Below, piece after piece: positions 18,532 to 26,942 of a DNA stretch of 41,399 bases. The DNA is taken from positions 1 to 41,399 of IMG/VR virus record IMGVR_UViG_3300034418_001895. One strand, given 5' to 3'. Position numbers and translations under genes: made by a program. Source of the stretch: a virus (lineage: Duplodnaviria; Caudoviricetes). Below the pieces are notes generated by a model that saw only the letters and a list, made by a program, of their open reading frames with translations, was not told the origin of the DNA and made no database searches. Numbering within the stretch: position 1 is the stretch's first letter; each line of letters starts with the position of its first letter.

Positions 18532-19923
18532 ATGGCCATATCAAGAGCGCAGTTAGAACAGCAGATCCAACGGCTTGCTGACGGCGGGACGGCTGATCCT
18601 TTGAAGACCCCCGAAGTGGTTTCAGAGACCGAAGTTTTGGAGGTTGAGCCAGAAGCTCCAGAAACAACCGTTGATCCGATGCAGGCGCAAATTAACGCTA
18701 TGCTGGCGGCTATGAGGCCAAAAACCCCGGAGCCTTTTGATTTTGACAAGAGTTACAAAAAGTACGCTGAGCGGTTGAAGCCGTATTTTTCTCAGTCAAC
18801 GCGCCCAACTTTTTATGACTTGGCCTCCGATATAGGCGCAGCAATGCTTTCTGCTGACCCAACGGCTGGCGCGTTCCGCAGTGCGGGAGTTGGCTTTTCT
18901 AACTTCAACGATCGGCTTCGGAAGTCTAAAGAAAGCAGGATCGCGCTTGATCGACAGGTCGGCTTGCAGGCAATGCAGATGGCTATGGCTGACGAGAAGT
19001 CTGCAAAAGATTATCTGAACAAGATCGAGCTTGAAAGAATAAAGCTTGCTAACAAACCGTATGATCCAATAATTTACGAAGTGCCTACAGAAGACGGCGG
19101 GGTAAAAACTGTAGAAGTGAACCCAAGTAATCAATTTGAAGTTGCAGCTATCAGGATGATCCCGGGCGCTAAGCAAATCAAGCTCCCGACGTCTACCGTT
19201 AGTGTTGATAGCAGGGTCATGCCTCCTTCGACTAGAGAGAAAAAAGCCGGAGAGGCTTTAATCGAGTTAGAAGAGACATGGATTAAAGATGCCTCGACTG
19301 CTGTTTCTCAGAACCAGTTAACGAATCAATTCATGTTGCAACTCGCTAGACTTGGCCCAGAAGGTTGGGGGCGGATAGCGACTGGCACCCTACCTGCTAG
19401 GCAGGTTTTGAGCGAGCTTGGTGTTAGGGCGGACGAAAATCTCGATGATCAACAGCTCGCGCTGACCTTGGGCACCAGAATAGCAATGGGATTAATTGGC
19501 GAAACCAAAGGCGCGATCACAGAAATGGAGATGAGACTGTTTCTTGCCGCGTCCCCAACGCTTTCTTCCACCTACAACGGCGCAATGAAGCAGGCGGCTT
19601 TTTTGCAAAGGATCGCCAATTTAAACATAAAGAAGGCTGAGGATTACAATAAGGCCGTTGCAGAAGGGCTTTTGAAGGATGCGGAAACTGATTCTGATAA
19701 ACTTCGGCTGGCCCAAGGGTGGGAGCTTTCTTGGCGGCAAAAGCCTGAGAACCAATTCTTAACGGCGGAAGAAAGGTCTGAATTGCAGGCTTTGGCATCA
19801 CAAGAGCCTGAAGCCGCGAAAGCCTTTAGGGAGAGTTTCTTTGCTGATATGAAAACTTCGCCCTCGGTAAATACTGACTTATCTAGTATTACTATTCAAA
19901 AAGTTCCGAAGTCGGGGGAATAA
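18532..19923 (+). CDS. Internal virion / ejection protein
   Basis: Helical 463-aa ORF with KGAITEMEMRLF motif; N-terminus MAISRAQL identical to the capsid protein. Confidence 0.7.
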   Translation: MAISRAQLEQQIQRLADGGTADPLKTPEVVSETEVLEVEPEAPETTVDPMQAQINAMLAAMRPKTPEPFDFDKSYKKYAERLKPYFSQSTRPTFYDLASDIGAAMLSADPTAGAFRSAGVGFSNFNDRLRKSKESRIALDRQVGLQAMQMAMADEKSAKDYLNKIELERIKLANKPYDPIIYEVPTEDGGVKTVEVNPSNQFEVAAIRMIPGAKQIKLPTSTVSVDSRVMPPSTREKKAGEALIELEETWIKDASTAVSQNQLTNQFMLQLARLGPEGWGRIATGTLPARQVLSELGVRADENLDDQQLALTLGTRIAMGLIGETKGAITEMEMRLFLAASPTLSSTYNGAMKQAAFLQRIANLNIKKAEDYNKAVAEGLLKDAETDSDKLRLAQGWELSWRQKPENQFLTAEERSELQALASQEPEAAKAFRESFFADMKTSPSVNTDLSSITIQKVPKSGE

Positions 19924-22524
19924 ATGCCTGTAAAGATTAATTACAACAATGACGGGATTTTTTACGAAGTTGAAGACGACGTTACGGAAGAGGATTTAGC
20001 AAACACCCCTGAATTTGTTGAGTTACACAGAAGCAACATGCTGGCTCAAACGTCTCAGCTCGTTGCACCTTCCCCTAGAGAGCAGGCTCTTTTAGAGCGA
20101 GAAAAAAACAAATCTGGTGTCGGGATGGCGTTGCTTCAGGGCATGTCAAACGATCAAGGTTACCAGACAGCTTGGCTTGCTCAGCAGCGATTCCCAGAGC
20201 TAGTTGAGAGGGGCATAGACCCAGTTGACTTTTACTTCTTAGATGAAGACGAAGATATTGCCTACATAGATCCATACACCAACAAGCCAGTAAAGGAATT
20301 TCGGGATAGCCTTCTGGTTGACTCAGCCAGATGGGCAGGGCCGACAGCACAATTTTTAGCTGAACTTGGTGGTGGTACGTTAGGTTTGGTTGGTGGCGCA
20401 TTTTTAGGTGCGGCGACAACTGGGAACCCTGTTGGCGCTGTCGCAGGCGCTATGGGAGGCGGAAGCTCGGGCACCGCAGCCGCTGGCGGCACGGCTTACG
20501 CAGGCAGGGCGGGGATATCTGCCATGTTTGACGGGCCTCCCTTGAAAGTCTCTCAGCTAAAAGATGACCTGATGGTAAGCGCGGCTTTTGGCGCGTTACC
20601 GTTCGGAACCAAGGCAGCTCAGCTTGCTGGTAATGCGTTTAGAACCACGTCAAAGAAGTTTCCCGGCGGGGATGGCCGTACTGCCTTGCAGACTATTTTG
20701 ACAGACGGTGGCAATACCGTTGATGAAAAGATTGCGTTTGCAAAAGAAAAGTTCAACGTAGACCTTACAAGAGCAGAGGCTCAAGGGATCATGTCAAATG
20801 CTGGGCAGATTCAGCGTTACCTACAGATGCAGCCCGGGTCACAAAAGCTTTGGGACTTTTACCACAACCGACAATTACAGGTTGAGGAGGCCGCTGATGT
20901 TTTCTTCGATGAGATACTTCGGGGTAAATACCTGCAAGAACTGAAACAAGCCCGGCTTTCGGGTAGGACGGCTTTAGACCCAGAGTCAGATCTAGCTAAG
21001 GCTGCTGACGAGGTGTTGAAGAAGCTTGCGGCTAAGCGTCAGGAAAGAGCAGGGGTGGTGTACAAGAACGCTTTTGATCTAGACATACCCATTGATGTTT
21101 CTGACATTGTGACAAAGCTTGAGGCTGAGTTGGGAGACGCAAATCTTCGGGGTGAGGCTCGGCGCGTTAAGCAGGCGATGGTTGATGCGCTTACCGACTT
21201 TACTGGCTTCTCCCCCAATCGAGTACCTATCAAGGGCGCTAATCGAGCCGAGATCGGGCTTAAAGATAACACTGAGATGCTACATAACGCCCTAACCAAC
21301 GATTTCAGGCCGCTCATCGAGGGTCTTACTAAAGATGGGCAGAAAGGATTAAAGCGAGAGGTTAGCCAGATCAGGGCGCAGGTTTCTGAGCGATTAAAGG
21401 TTGCTAACCCAGAATATGCCAGAGCTGCTGCAATCTACGACCCCTCAAAGGGTCACCTTCAGGCTTTAGAGCGTGGCGTTGTTAGGAGTTTTGCAGAGGC
21501 GGCTGAGTTAGGCGGAGAAGCTGCGGCAAGGATAACTAAGCGGTTGTTTAACGGTACGGCTAAGCCTAAAGATATTAGAGATCTTAGACGACTTATCCAG
21601 ACCCAAGACCCGCAGGTTTGGCAGAACATCAAGGGCACATGGCTACGCACACAGTTTGACGATGCAATTACATCGAGCATCAACCCTCTAGGTGTTCAGA
21701 ATAAATTTTTGTCTAGGCTCGGGATTCGTGGAAAGGTGATGATGGGTCGCGGTGGAGCTAAGGCCAGAGGCACAAAGGCAAAGGTCTTTGAGGCTATGAT
21801 GGAGCCGCAAGAGTTAGAGAATTTTGTTGATCTTGTCGAGATGATGCAGGCAACAAGTTACATTGCTACGCAGAGTGGATCTCCAACACAGCCGCTGTTG
21901 GCGCTCAGAAACTTCCTAGAGAAAGACGTTACTGGCGGTGGTCGAATTGCGGCCAATGCACTCAGGGCTGTCGTGGAGATTCCCCAGAGAATCGCAATCC
22001 GTGGCTTTGATGACACCATGGCAGCTACCCTTGGCTTTCAGAGAGAAGCTTATGAGGACAAGCTCATTGAGGCGCTAATAGATCCCAAGGTGGCTGGAGA
22101 GTTGGCGGCACAAATAGATGCGGTAAAGCCCGGCGTTTATTTCGTCACTCAGGCGGTTTCTCGCGGCGCTACAGATGTTTTTGATCAGCTAACAGATGAA
22201 AGCTTCAAGCCTGATAAGGTCAACCCAAGAACAGGTCAATTAGAGCGAGGCGTTCAAGGCGCAAGGATGATTGAGAGCGCCAAAGAAGTGACCAACCCAA
22301 AGGCTCCAGCAGATCCAAAGCCTTCCATCCTAGACAGCATGTATGTGCCAGATGTTGGAATGGATTCGCCTGCATTTGAACCGCTATCACAGAGGCCATC
22401 AACGGCTCCAGCAATGGGAAAGATAGATCCAGCGATGTCTCCTACTATTCTGCCCTCAGATAAGGACAGGGAGCTTGCTATGCGGCTCAGAGGGCCATTA
22501 GGCGGGATCGCTTCCCTCGCCTAG
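19924..22524 (+). CDS. Large internal virion / ejection protein
   Basis: 866 aa, Gly/Ala hydrophobic segment near the N-terminus, helical body, ends GGIASLA; last gene of the late operon. Confidence 0.7.
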   Translation: MPVKINYNNDGIFYEVEDDVTEEDLANTPEFVELHRSNMLAQTSQLVAPSPREQALLEREKNKSGVGMALLQGMSNDQGYQTAWLAQQRFPELVERGIDPVDFYFLDEDEDIAYIDPYTNKPVKEFRDSLLVDSARWAGPTAQFLAELGGGTLGLVGGAFLGAATTGNPVGAVAGAMGGGSSGTAAAGGTAYAGRAGISAMFDGPPLKVSQLKDDLMVSAAFGALPFGTKAAQLAGNAFRTTSKKFPGGDGRTALQTILTDGGNTVDEKIAFAKEKFNVDLTRAEAQGIMSNAGQIQRYLQMQPGSQKLWDFYHNRQLQVEEAADVFFDEILRGKYLQELKQARLSGRTALDPESDLAKAADEVLKKLAAKRQERAGVVYKNAFDLDIPIDVSDIVTKLEAELGDANLRGEARRVKQAMVDALTDFTGFSPNRVPIKGANRAEIGLKDNTEMLHNALTNDFRPLIEGLTKDGQKGLKREVSQIRAQVSERLKVANPEYARAAAIYDPSKGHLQALERGVVRSFAEAAELGGEAAARITKRLFNGTAKPKDIRDLRRLIQTQDPQVWQNIKGTWLRTQFDDAITSSINPLGVQNKFLSRLGIRGKVMMGRGGAKARGTKAKVFEAMMEPQELENFVDLVEMMQATSYIATQSGSPTQPLLALRNFLEKDVTGGGRIAANALRAVVEIPQRIAIRGFDDTMAATLGFQREAYEDKLIEALIDPKVAGELAAQIDAVKPGVYFVTQAVSRGATDVFDQLTDESFKPDKVNPRTGQLERGVQGARMIESAKEVTNPKAPADPKPSILDSMYVPDVGMDSPAFEPLSQRPSTAPAMGKIDPAMSPTILPSDKDRELAMRLRGPLGGIASLA

Positions 22525-22770
22525 CATTGGTAGGTCTGGCTCGGCTGGGGTGGCGATAATCATTGCGCCACTGACGTTCCAGTCGAAGTCATAGCCCATA
22601 TGATAGTCACCCTCAACGTCGATCATCAGGTTGCGACTACAGAGCCGTAGGAGCGCGGCTTGTTGGTGTAAGGTCATCCTACCAAACAGGTCGATAACTT
22701 CCTTAGACTCTGCCACAGGGCGGTAGGATTGAGGAATCTGGGTCGGCTTTCTCTTAAATAAATTTTTCAA
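22498..22770 (-). CDS. Hypothetical protein
   Basis: 90-aa ORF; TTG start overlaps the stop of the RHH gene (TTGA). Confidence 0.55.
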   Translation of the reverse strand: MKNLFKRKPTQIPQSYRPVAESKEVIDLFGRMTLHQQAALLRLCSRNLMIDVEGDYHMGYDFDWNVSGAMIIATPAEPDLPMLGEGSDPA

Positions 22771-22943
22771 TGATTATTCCTATCGAACAGGTCGTCGTGC
22801 TTCTGCTCAATCATGAGTTGCAACTGGCTGATTATTGTTCGTCGCTCTCGCGCACAGATGTCGCGTAGCCTCTCGTATGTTTCGAGGTCAATCGCCAGCG
22901 ACTTTCTTTTTCTGTCTAACGCTGCTTGGTCTTCGGTTTCCAT
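22767..22943 (-). CDS. Ribbon-helix-helix (Arc/CopG-like) DNA-binding protein
   Basis: Manual translation METEDQAALDRKRKSLAIDLETYERLRDICARERRTIISQLQLMIEQKHDDLFDRNNH* (58 aa, below the ORF-track cutoff); strand-helix-helix pattern. Confidence 0.7.
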   Translation of the reverse strand: METEDQAALDRKRKSLAIDLETYERLRDICARERRTIISQLQLMIEQKHDDLFDRNNH

Positions 22944-22962
22944 GACGGATCTCTAATTGATA

Positions 22963-22998
22963 TTGAGCAATTGTATAGGATTGTATATCATTGCACAA
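22963..22998. promoter_or_regulatory. Overlapping divergent sigma70-type promoters with ATTGTATA repeats
   Basis: Plus strand: TTGAGC-17-TATCAT (22963-22991). Minus strand: TTGTGC-17-TACAAT. ATTGTATA repeated at 10-bp spacing. Confidence 0.6.
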
Positions 22999-23712
22999 AT
23001 GTATGAAATGAAAAATTATATGTTGTCAATGCAGTCGCATTGGATGGTCAACCAGCCGCTCTACAAGGCGGTTCAGGCGACCGTTCCGATGATTGCTGAA
23101 TTCAGGGCAAGGGATGGCAGGGAGCGCCTACAGAAGACTCCTGTGTCTCGGCTATGCAAGAAGGTCTTTCCCGAGGTGTACAAGGTGCCGTTGTTCCGAA
23201 GGCAGTTCTGCAAGATGTTGGTCGAAGAAATCAAGCAAATGGAGCAGGAGATACCCTTTGAGCCAAATGAAGCTGAGGACGAGCTGAGGCAGATCCCTGA
23301 GATTGTGCTGCAAGAGCATGTGCCTGAGCTGTACCGCACGATGTGGTTTGTCGTGCAGAACGTGCTGAACCCGATTTTTAATACGCTGTACCACAGGGAT
23401 TGCCGAGACGTTTCTTCGATCCAGATTGCTAACTACAACCCCAAGGATAAGCAGAAAGGCGCGTGGCATCACGACGAGAGCGCCGACATCAGCGTGGTGG
23501 TTCCCCTCAACACCGATGAGTACAAGGGTGGTGGCACAGAGTTTCATCGCCACGGCATCCTGAATCCGCTGCCCAGTGGACACGCATTGATATTTCCTTC
23601 CTTCACCAACCTGCACCGTGGCCTAGCGGTAGAGAGCGGCGACCGATACTTATTGGTTTTCTGGCTGCACGATAAGAAGCGGCTTATCGAGAGATACAAC
23701 AGTTTGGAATGA
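22999..23712 (+). CDS. 2OG-Fe(II) dioxygenase (prolyl/lysyl hydroxylase-like)
   Basis: HHD (HxD) ... GGGTEF ... HRG ... RYLLVFW: facial triad plus 2OG-binding Arg. Start reassigned to ATG 22999. Confidence 0.85.
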   Translation: MYEMKNYMLSMQSHWMVNQPLYKAVQATVPMIAEFRARDGRERLQKTPVSRLCKKVFPEVYKVPLFRRQFCKMLVEEIKQMEQEIPFEPNEAEDELRQIPEIVLQEHVPELYRTMWFVVQNVLNPIFNTLYHRDCRDVSSIQIANYNPKDKQKGAWHHDESADISVVVPLNTDEYKGGGTEFHRHGILNPLPSGHALIFPSFTNLHRGLAVESGDRYLLVFWLHDKKRLIERYNSLE

Positions 23713-23727
23713 CCTGCAAATAGTTAC

Positions 23728-23775
23728 ATTTATTTGCATAAAAGTGTGTACAACGACACGGGATTGTGCGATTAT
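23728..23775 (+). promoter_or_regulatory. Early promoter P2 with GACACGGGAT box
   Basis: ATTTATTT..GTGTAC-aacGACACGGGATtg-TGcGATTAT; weak -35, extended -10-like. Confidence 0.6.
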
Positions 23776-23818
23776 TCCTTTTGTCGGGGGCGCTTGCCCC
23801 CATAACCAAAAGGAAAAC

Positions 23819-24340
23819 ATGATGGCAAGACACACACACAGAGGAACCTGCCAAGTATGCGGTTCAGTGCAGGCGGTTAACAACAAGACTGGCATGATTG
23901 CTAAGCACGGCTACACCGTCGATTGGGGGATGTTTCAGGGCGAGTGCCCGGGATCGAATGAGCTTCCGATTGAGAAGAGCCATAAGCTAACAACTCAAAT
24001 CATCAACTCCATTCAAGGCCAACTTGCTGGCATGAAGTTGCTCGACCTCAAACTCTTCCTCCTCAGCGACGAAGAGTTTCGAGCTGCTCGCAAAAACAAC
24101 CTCCAGTATCAAGCAATGACCGATCACGTTGCCTCTCTTCGCAAGTTGATAGAGAAGCGTCAAGGCCAAAATCTTTATCCCGCACCTAAAGAAGAAAAGG
24201 TTGAGCGAATCCACGAAAGATTCACGGACATTCGCAAGGCGTATGCTAGGGCCGAAGAACTCAAGGTTGATGGCTGGAAGCCACGGGTCTCAGGATGGCA
24301 CGGGGATGCAACATTAACAGCAACAAGGAAGGCGGCGTAA
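23819..24340 (+). CDS. Early protein with a putative zinc-binding N-terminus
   Basis: CQVC...KHGY...CPGS; AAGGA RBS before ATG 23819. Confidence 0.7.
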   Translation: MMARHTHRGTCQVCGSVQAVNNKTGMIAKHGYTVDWGMFQGECPGSNELPIEKSHKLTTQIINSIQGQLAGMKLLDLKLFLLSDEEFRAARKNNLQYQAMTDHVASLRKLIEKRQGQNLYPAPKEEKVERIHERFTDIRKAYARAEELKVDGWKPRVSGWHGDATLTATRKAA

Positions 24341-24346
24341 GCCGCC
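24331..24346 (+). repeat. Stop-codon hairpin repeat, copy 2
   Basis: GGCGGC-GTAA-GCCGCC followed by AAGGAG RBS. Confidence 0.8.
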
Positions 24347-24357
24347 GCAAGGAGAAG

Positions 24358-24765
24358 ATGATGGAACACCAAGAGCTTTTAGACATTGCAAACAAGATGA
24401 GCAATGACGATATCTGCGACCTGATCAACATGGTCGCGCCTCGGCTTGACGTTTATTTTGGGAGCCTGAACAGACACTGCCTTACTTCTGGCGTGACCTT
24501 TGCAGTAACGAACGGGACGGTCATTCAGGTCAACTGCGAGACGGCAGATCTCGAAGATCTTGCTGATTGTAAGTTTATCTCAAGCGCAATTAAGCCTTCG
24601 CATAAAGAATCTCGCAGGGCGCAGGTCTTGGCCGACTCAGCTCACCTACTGGCTGAGAAAATTAATAAAGCTAGGTTTGAGGGCAAGAATATCAGCGACA
24701 AGCAGACTGTAAAGCTTTGTGAAGTGCTGAGTGTTCTTACCGAATTGTTGGGAGAGGCGGCGTAA
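24358..24765 (+). CDS. Early hypothetical protein
   Basis: AAGGAG RBS then ATG 24358; ends GEAA*. Confidence 0.7.
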   Translation: MMEHQELLDIANKMSNDDICDLINMVAPRLDVYFGSLNRHCLTSGVTFAVTNGTVIQVNCETADLEDLADCKFISSAIKPSHKESRRAQVLADSAHLLAEKINKARFEGKNISDKQTVKLCEVLSVLTELLGEAA

Positions 24766-24771
24766 GCCGCC
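24756..24771 (+). repeat. Stop-codon hairpin repeat, copy 3
   Basis: GGCGGC-GTAA-GCCGCC, identical to copy 2, followed by GGAGGAG RBS. Confidence 0.8.
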
Positions 24772-24783
24772 GGGAGGAGAACA

Positions 24784-25164
24784 GTGACAGTAAGATCAGA
24801 CATAGATTACAGGGGTGGTTACATGTCTTCTGAGTTTGTTGAAGGCATGGCTCGCCGTTATTTCGGTGACGAAATTGTTGACGCTTTGCCGCGTTATGTT
24901 CGAGGCAAGCGCAAGGGTCATTTAAAAGGTCGTCTCGAATGGCAAAAGGTTCTAAAAGGGGGCTGGGTAAAGACTGGCCCTTACGACCACGACGGTATGC
25001 GAGCATCTGGTTACGTTGAGCGAAGGATTGGCAAGGTTATCAAGGTTGAGCTAAACCTTCCTGAGTGGGGCGCAGAGCCTACGCCAATCGCAATCTGGGA
25101 TTGGGAGCACGATGTAGAACGTGATTCAGTGAAGATTAAAACTTACGAAACAGAAGCGGCTTAG
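24784..25164 (+). CDS. Early hypothetical protein
   Basis: GTG start with GGAGGAG RBS; ends TEAA*. Confidence 0.7.
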   Translation: MTVRSDIDYRGGYMSSEFVEGMARRYFGDEIVDALPRYVRGKRKGHLKGRLEWQKVLKGGWVKTGPYDHDGMRASGYVERRIGKVIKVELNLPEWGAEPTPIAIWDWEHDVERDSVKIKTYETEAA

Positions 25165-25177
25165 GCCGCTTTTTTTT
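25154..25177 (+). terminator. Rho-independent terminator built from the stop-codon hairpin (copy 4)
   Basis: AAGCGGC-TTAG-GCCGCTT followed by a T run. Confidence 0.85.
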
Positions 25178-25204
25178 GTCTGCAATTTGACTTAGGATTA
25201 AGCT

Positions 25205-25381
25205 ATGCAAAGAGAATCAAACATACCAACCATCCGAGTCTTAGCGATGATCGATAAGATTGTTGGCGAGGAAGACGACGATGTAAGAGCCTATGAGCTG
25301 AGCCGAATCCACGACTACCTTGCGATGAAGTTCAACAGGGAAACTGGCAGACTGGCAAGTGAAGAACTAAACAGGCTTTGA
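25205..25381 (+). CDS. Small hypothetical protein (58 aa)
   Basis: Manual translation MQRESNIPTIRVLAMIDKIVGEEDDDVRAYELSRIHDYLAMKFNRETGRLASEELNRL*; fills the gap; TAGGAT 6 nt upstream of the ATG. Confidence 0.5.
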   Translation: MQRESNIPTIRVLAMIDKIVGEEDDDVRAYELSRIHDYLAMKFNRETGRLASEELNRL

Positions 25382-25594
25382 CTTTTTCTTTTCCTTTGCC
25401 TTTCTCTCAGCATACTCAATAAGATTCTCGCCAAACTTTTTCTCGAACCACTCAGACCAAGTCACTCGTCGGTGTGGCGGATTGTTCGGCGTGGCTTCGT
25501 GCCTTTTCTTCCAGACGCTCCGAGCGGCGTAGTATTTAATATCTTCCGCCCACTTCGCTTCCCGTTCCCGTTCCTCTTTAGTTAAGGTCAGCAA
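25367..25594 (-). CDS. Small hypothetical protein
   Basis: Likely TTG start at 25594 after AAGGAG; TWSEWFEKKFGE motif. Confidence 0.6.
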   Translation of the reverse strand: MLTLTKEEREREAKWAEDIKYYAARSVWKKRHEATPNNPPHRRVTWSEWFEKKFGENLIEYAERKAKEKKKSKPV

Positions 25595-26348
25595 GGCCAA
25601 ACTCCTTGATGCCTTCTTGGTTGTATGGCAGGTAGAGGTCTTGCTCCCTGCACTTGATGCCAATGGCCATGGCTTGCTCATTCTGAGCGTCAGCATAGGC
25701 TATGGCTTCGTCCGATAACGTGTACACGCAATAGGGATAGGGCGCTGCCTTTTCCTGAGCCAAGAAATAGAACTTCTCTGTCGGCAGGCCAACTGCCCGA
25801 CAACCAGCAAGATAGTACGCAGCCTGTTGGTGATATCGGAATGTGTTGATCGCACTCCTGAATCCACGGGGTGAAGCGTCCCGACAGGTCTTGAGATCCC
25901 ATATGTCTGTCCCAGTATGCCAGTCTAGCTTTCCCTTGCAGGGTTGGCCGTTCCACATCCAGCAGAGCGTTAGCTCGACCCGATGACTTGGCTCGGGTAT
26001 GAAGTCAGAGACAACCTCCCGCCGCTCCATGCAGATGTCGTACATATCCTGCTTGCAGGGTGTCTTGTCACCAAGATCTTCGAGCCACTCGGCGTACTCT
26101 TGCTTGCCTGCCTTTGTGCGTCTATCGACTAACGGCTCGATCGCAAACTCATCGAAGAACTTGTGATGCTCTAAGAACACGGTGTGTTGCACCCGACCCT
26201 CAAGCAATGCCAGAGAGTTGTTGAACGTCCGATTCTTCCAAGTGAACGGGCACTTAGCGATTGAGGTCAGGTCGTGAGATCTCCATGCAGGGATCGAGTC
26301 GTAGGTGGGGTAGTCGAGGTCTTCGTAGATACCTTCTTTGAATTCCAT
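25578..26348 (-). CDS. RecE/exonuclease VIII-like PD-(D/E)XK exonuclease
   Basis: G..QH..FLE, CKGKLDW, IWDLKT, YHQQAAYY, FYFLAQEK..PY motifs. Confidence 0.85.
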   Translation of the reverse strand: MEFKEGIYEDLDYPTYDSIPAWRSHDLTSIAKCPFTWKNRTFNNSLALLEGRVQHTVFLEHHKFFDEFAIEPLVDRRTKAGKQEYAEWLEDLGDKTPCKQDMYDICMERREVVSDFIPEPSHRVELTLCWMWNGQPCKGKLDWHTGTDIWDLKTCRDASPRGFRSAINTFRYHQQAAYYLAGCRAVGLPTEKFYFLAQEKAAPYPYCVYTLSDEAIAYADAQNEQAMAIGIKCREQDLYLPYNQEGIKEFGLADLN

Positions 26349-26363
26349 TGGGTTTCCTAATTA

Positions 26364-26420
26364 GTCCCGCCGAGGCGGCTCAGTGGACGGGAACACTGTT
26401 GGAGGGCCGTGATGGAACCC
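26364..26420 (-). promoter_or_regulatory. Putative pseudoknotted leader upstream of the exonuclease gene
   Basis: Minus strand: hairpin CAGTG-TTCCCGTC-CACTG whose loop can pair with downstream GGCGGGA. Confidence 0.4.
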
Positions 26421-26528
26421 TTAGCCTAAACCGAATCCTAAAATCAATCCGATACCGAATGCTACCATCACAGCATATGGGGTAAAGATTGGGTGCTTTG
26501 CGTCAGCAATGATCTGTCGAATCCTCAT
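26421..26528 (-). CDS. 35-aa single-pass membrane peptide
   Basis: Manual translation MRIRQIIADAKHPIFTPYAVMVAFGIGLILGFGLG*; ATGA overlap with the upstream stop, GGAG RBS. Confidence 0.55.
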   Translation of the reverse strand: MRIRQIIADAKHPIFTPYAVMVAFGIGLILGFGLG

Positions 26529-26932
26529 AACTGCTCCAGTCGCTTGATCTCAGCGTCGATGTAAAAACGAATCTTCTTAGCATCACGCAGTTCACTGCTA
26601 TGCGACGACTGACCGTATCGATAGGTTGCCCTAAAGATCTCACCGATCTGAGCGTTCATGTTCTTGTGTGAGATCAGGTCTTGCAGCTCTTTGGCTTTCT
26701 TTGGCAGCTCATAGTAGCTGGCGGTTGAGCCGTCAGAGACTGCGACAGACAGTGCCTTGGCAACTTTCTTCTGAGCCTCTCGCCATTCCTTCAGCTTGGC
26801 TGACGCAAGGCTCTTGCTTACGCCCAGCTCTTGCGCCAACACGTCTGGCTTAGTCTCTCCAAAATGACTCAGGTAGTCGATGACCAACTCGCTCTTGACC
26901 GATCTACGGCTTCGCTTAATCTTCTTCTTCAT
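26525..26932 (-). CDS. HTH domain fused to a DUF3310-like domain
   Basis: LAQELGVSKSLAS helix-turn-helix; DGSTASYY...GEIFRATYRYG...DAKKIRFYID resembles DUF3310. Confidence 0.6.
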   Translation of the reverse strand: MKKKIKRSRRSVKSELVIDYLSHFGETKPDVLAQELGVSKSLASAKLKEWREAQKKVAKALSVAVSDGSTASYYELPKKAKELQDLISHKNMNAQIGEIFRATYRYGQSSHSSELRDAKKIRFYIDAEIKRLEQL

Positions 26933-26942
26933 AGCAGTTTCC

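Noticed and set aside
24331-25171. Hairpin repeats as a CRISPR array or true integron attC sites
   Set aside because: Repeats are 14-18 bp, separated by whole genes, with no cas genes, no tyrosine integron integrase and no RYYYAAC/GTTRRRY boxes.
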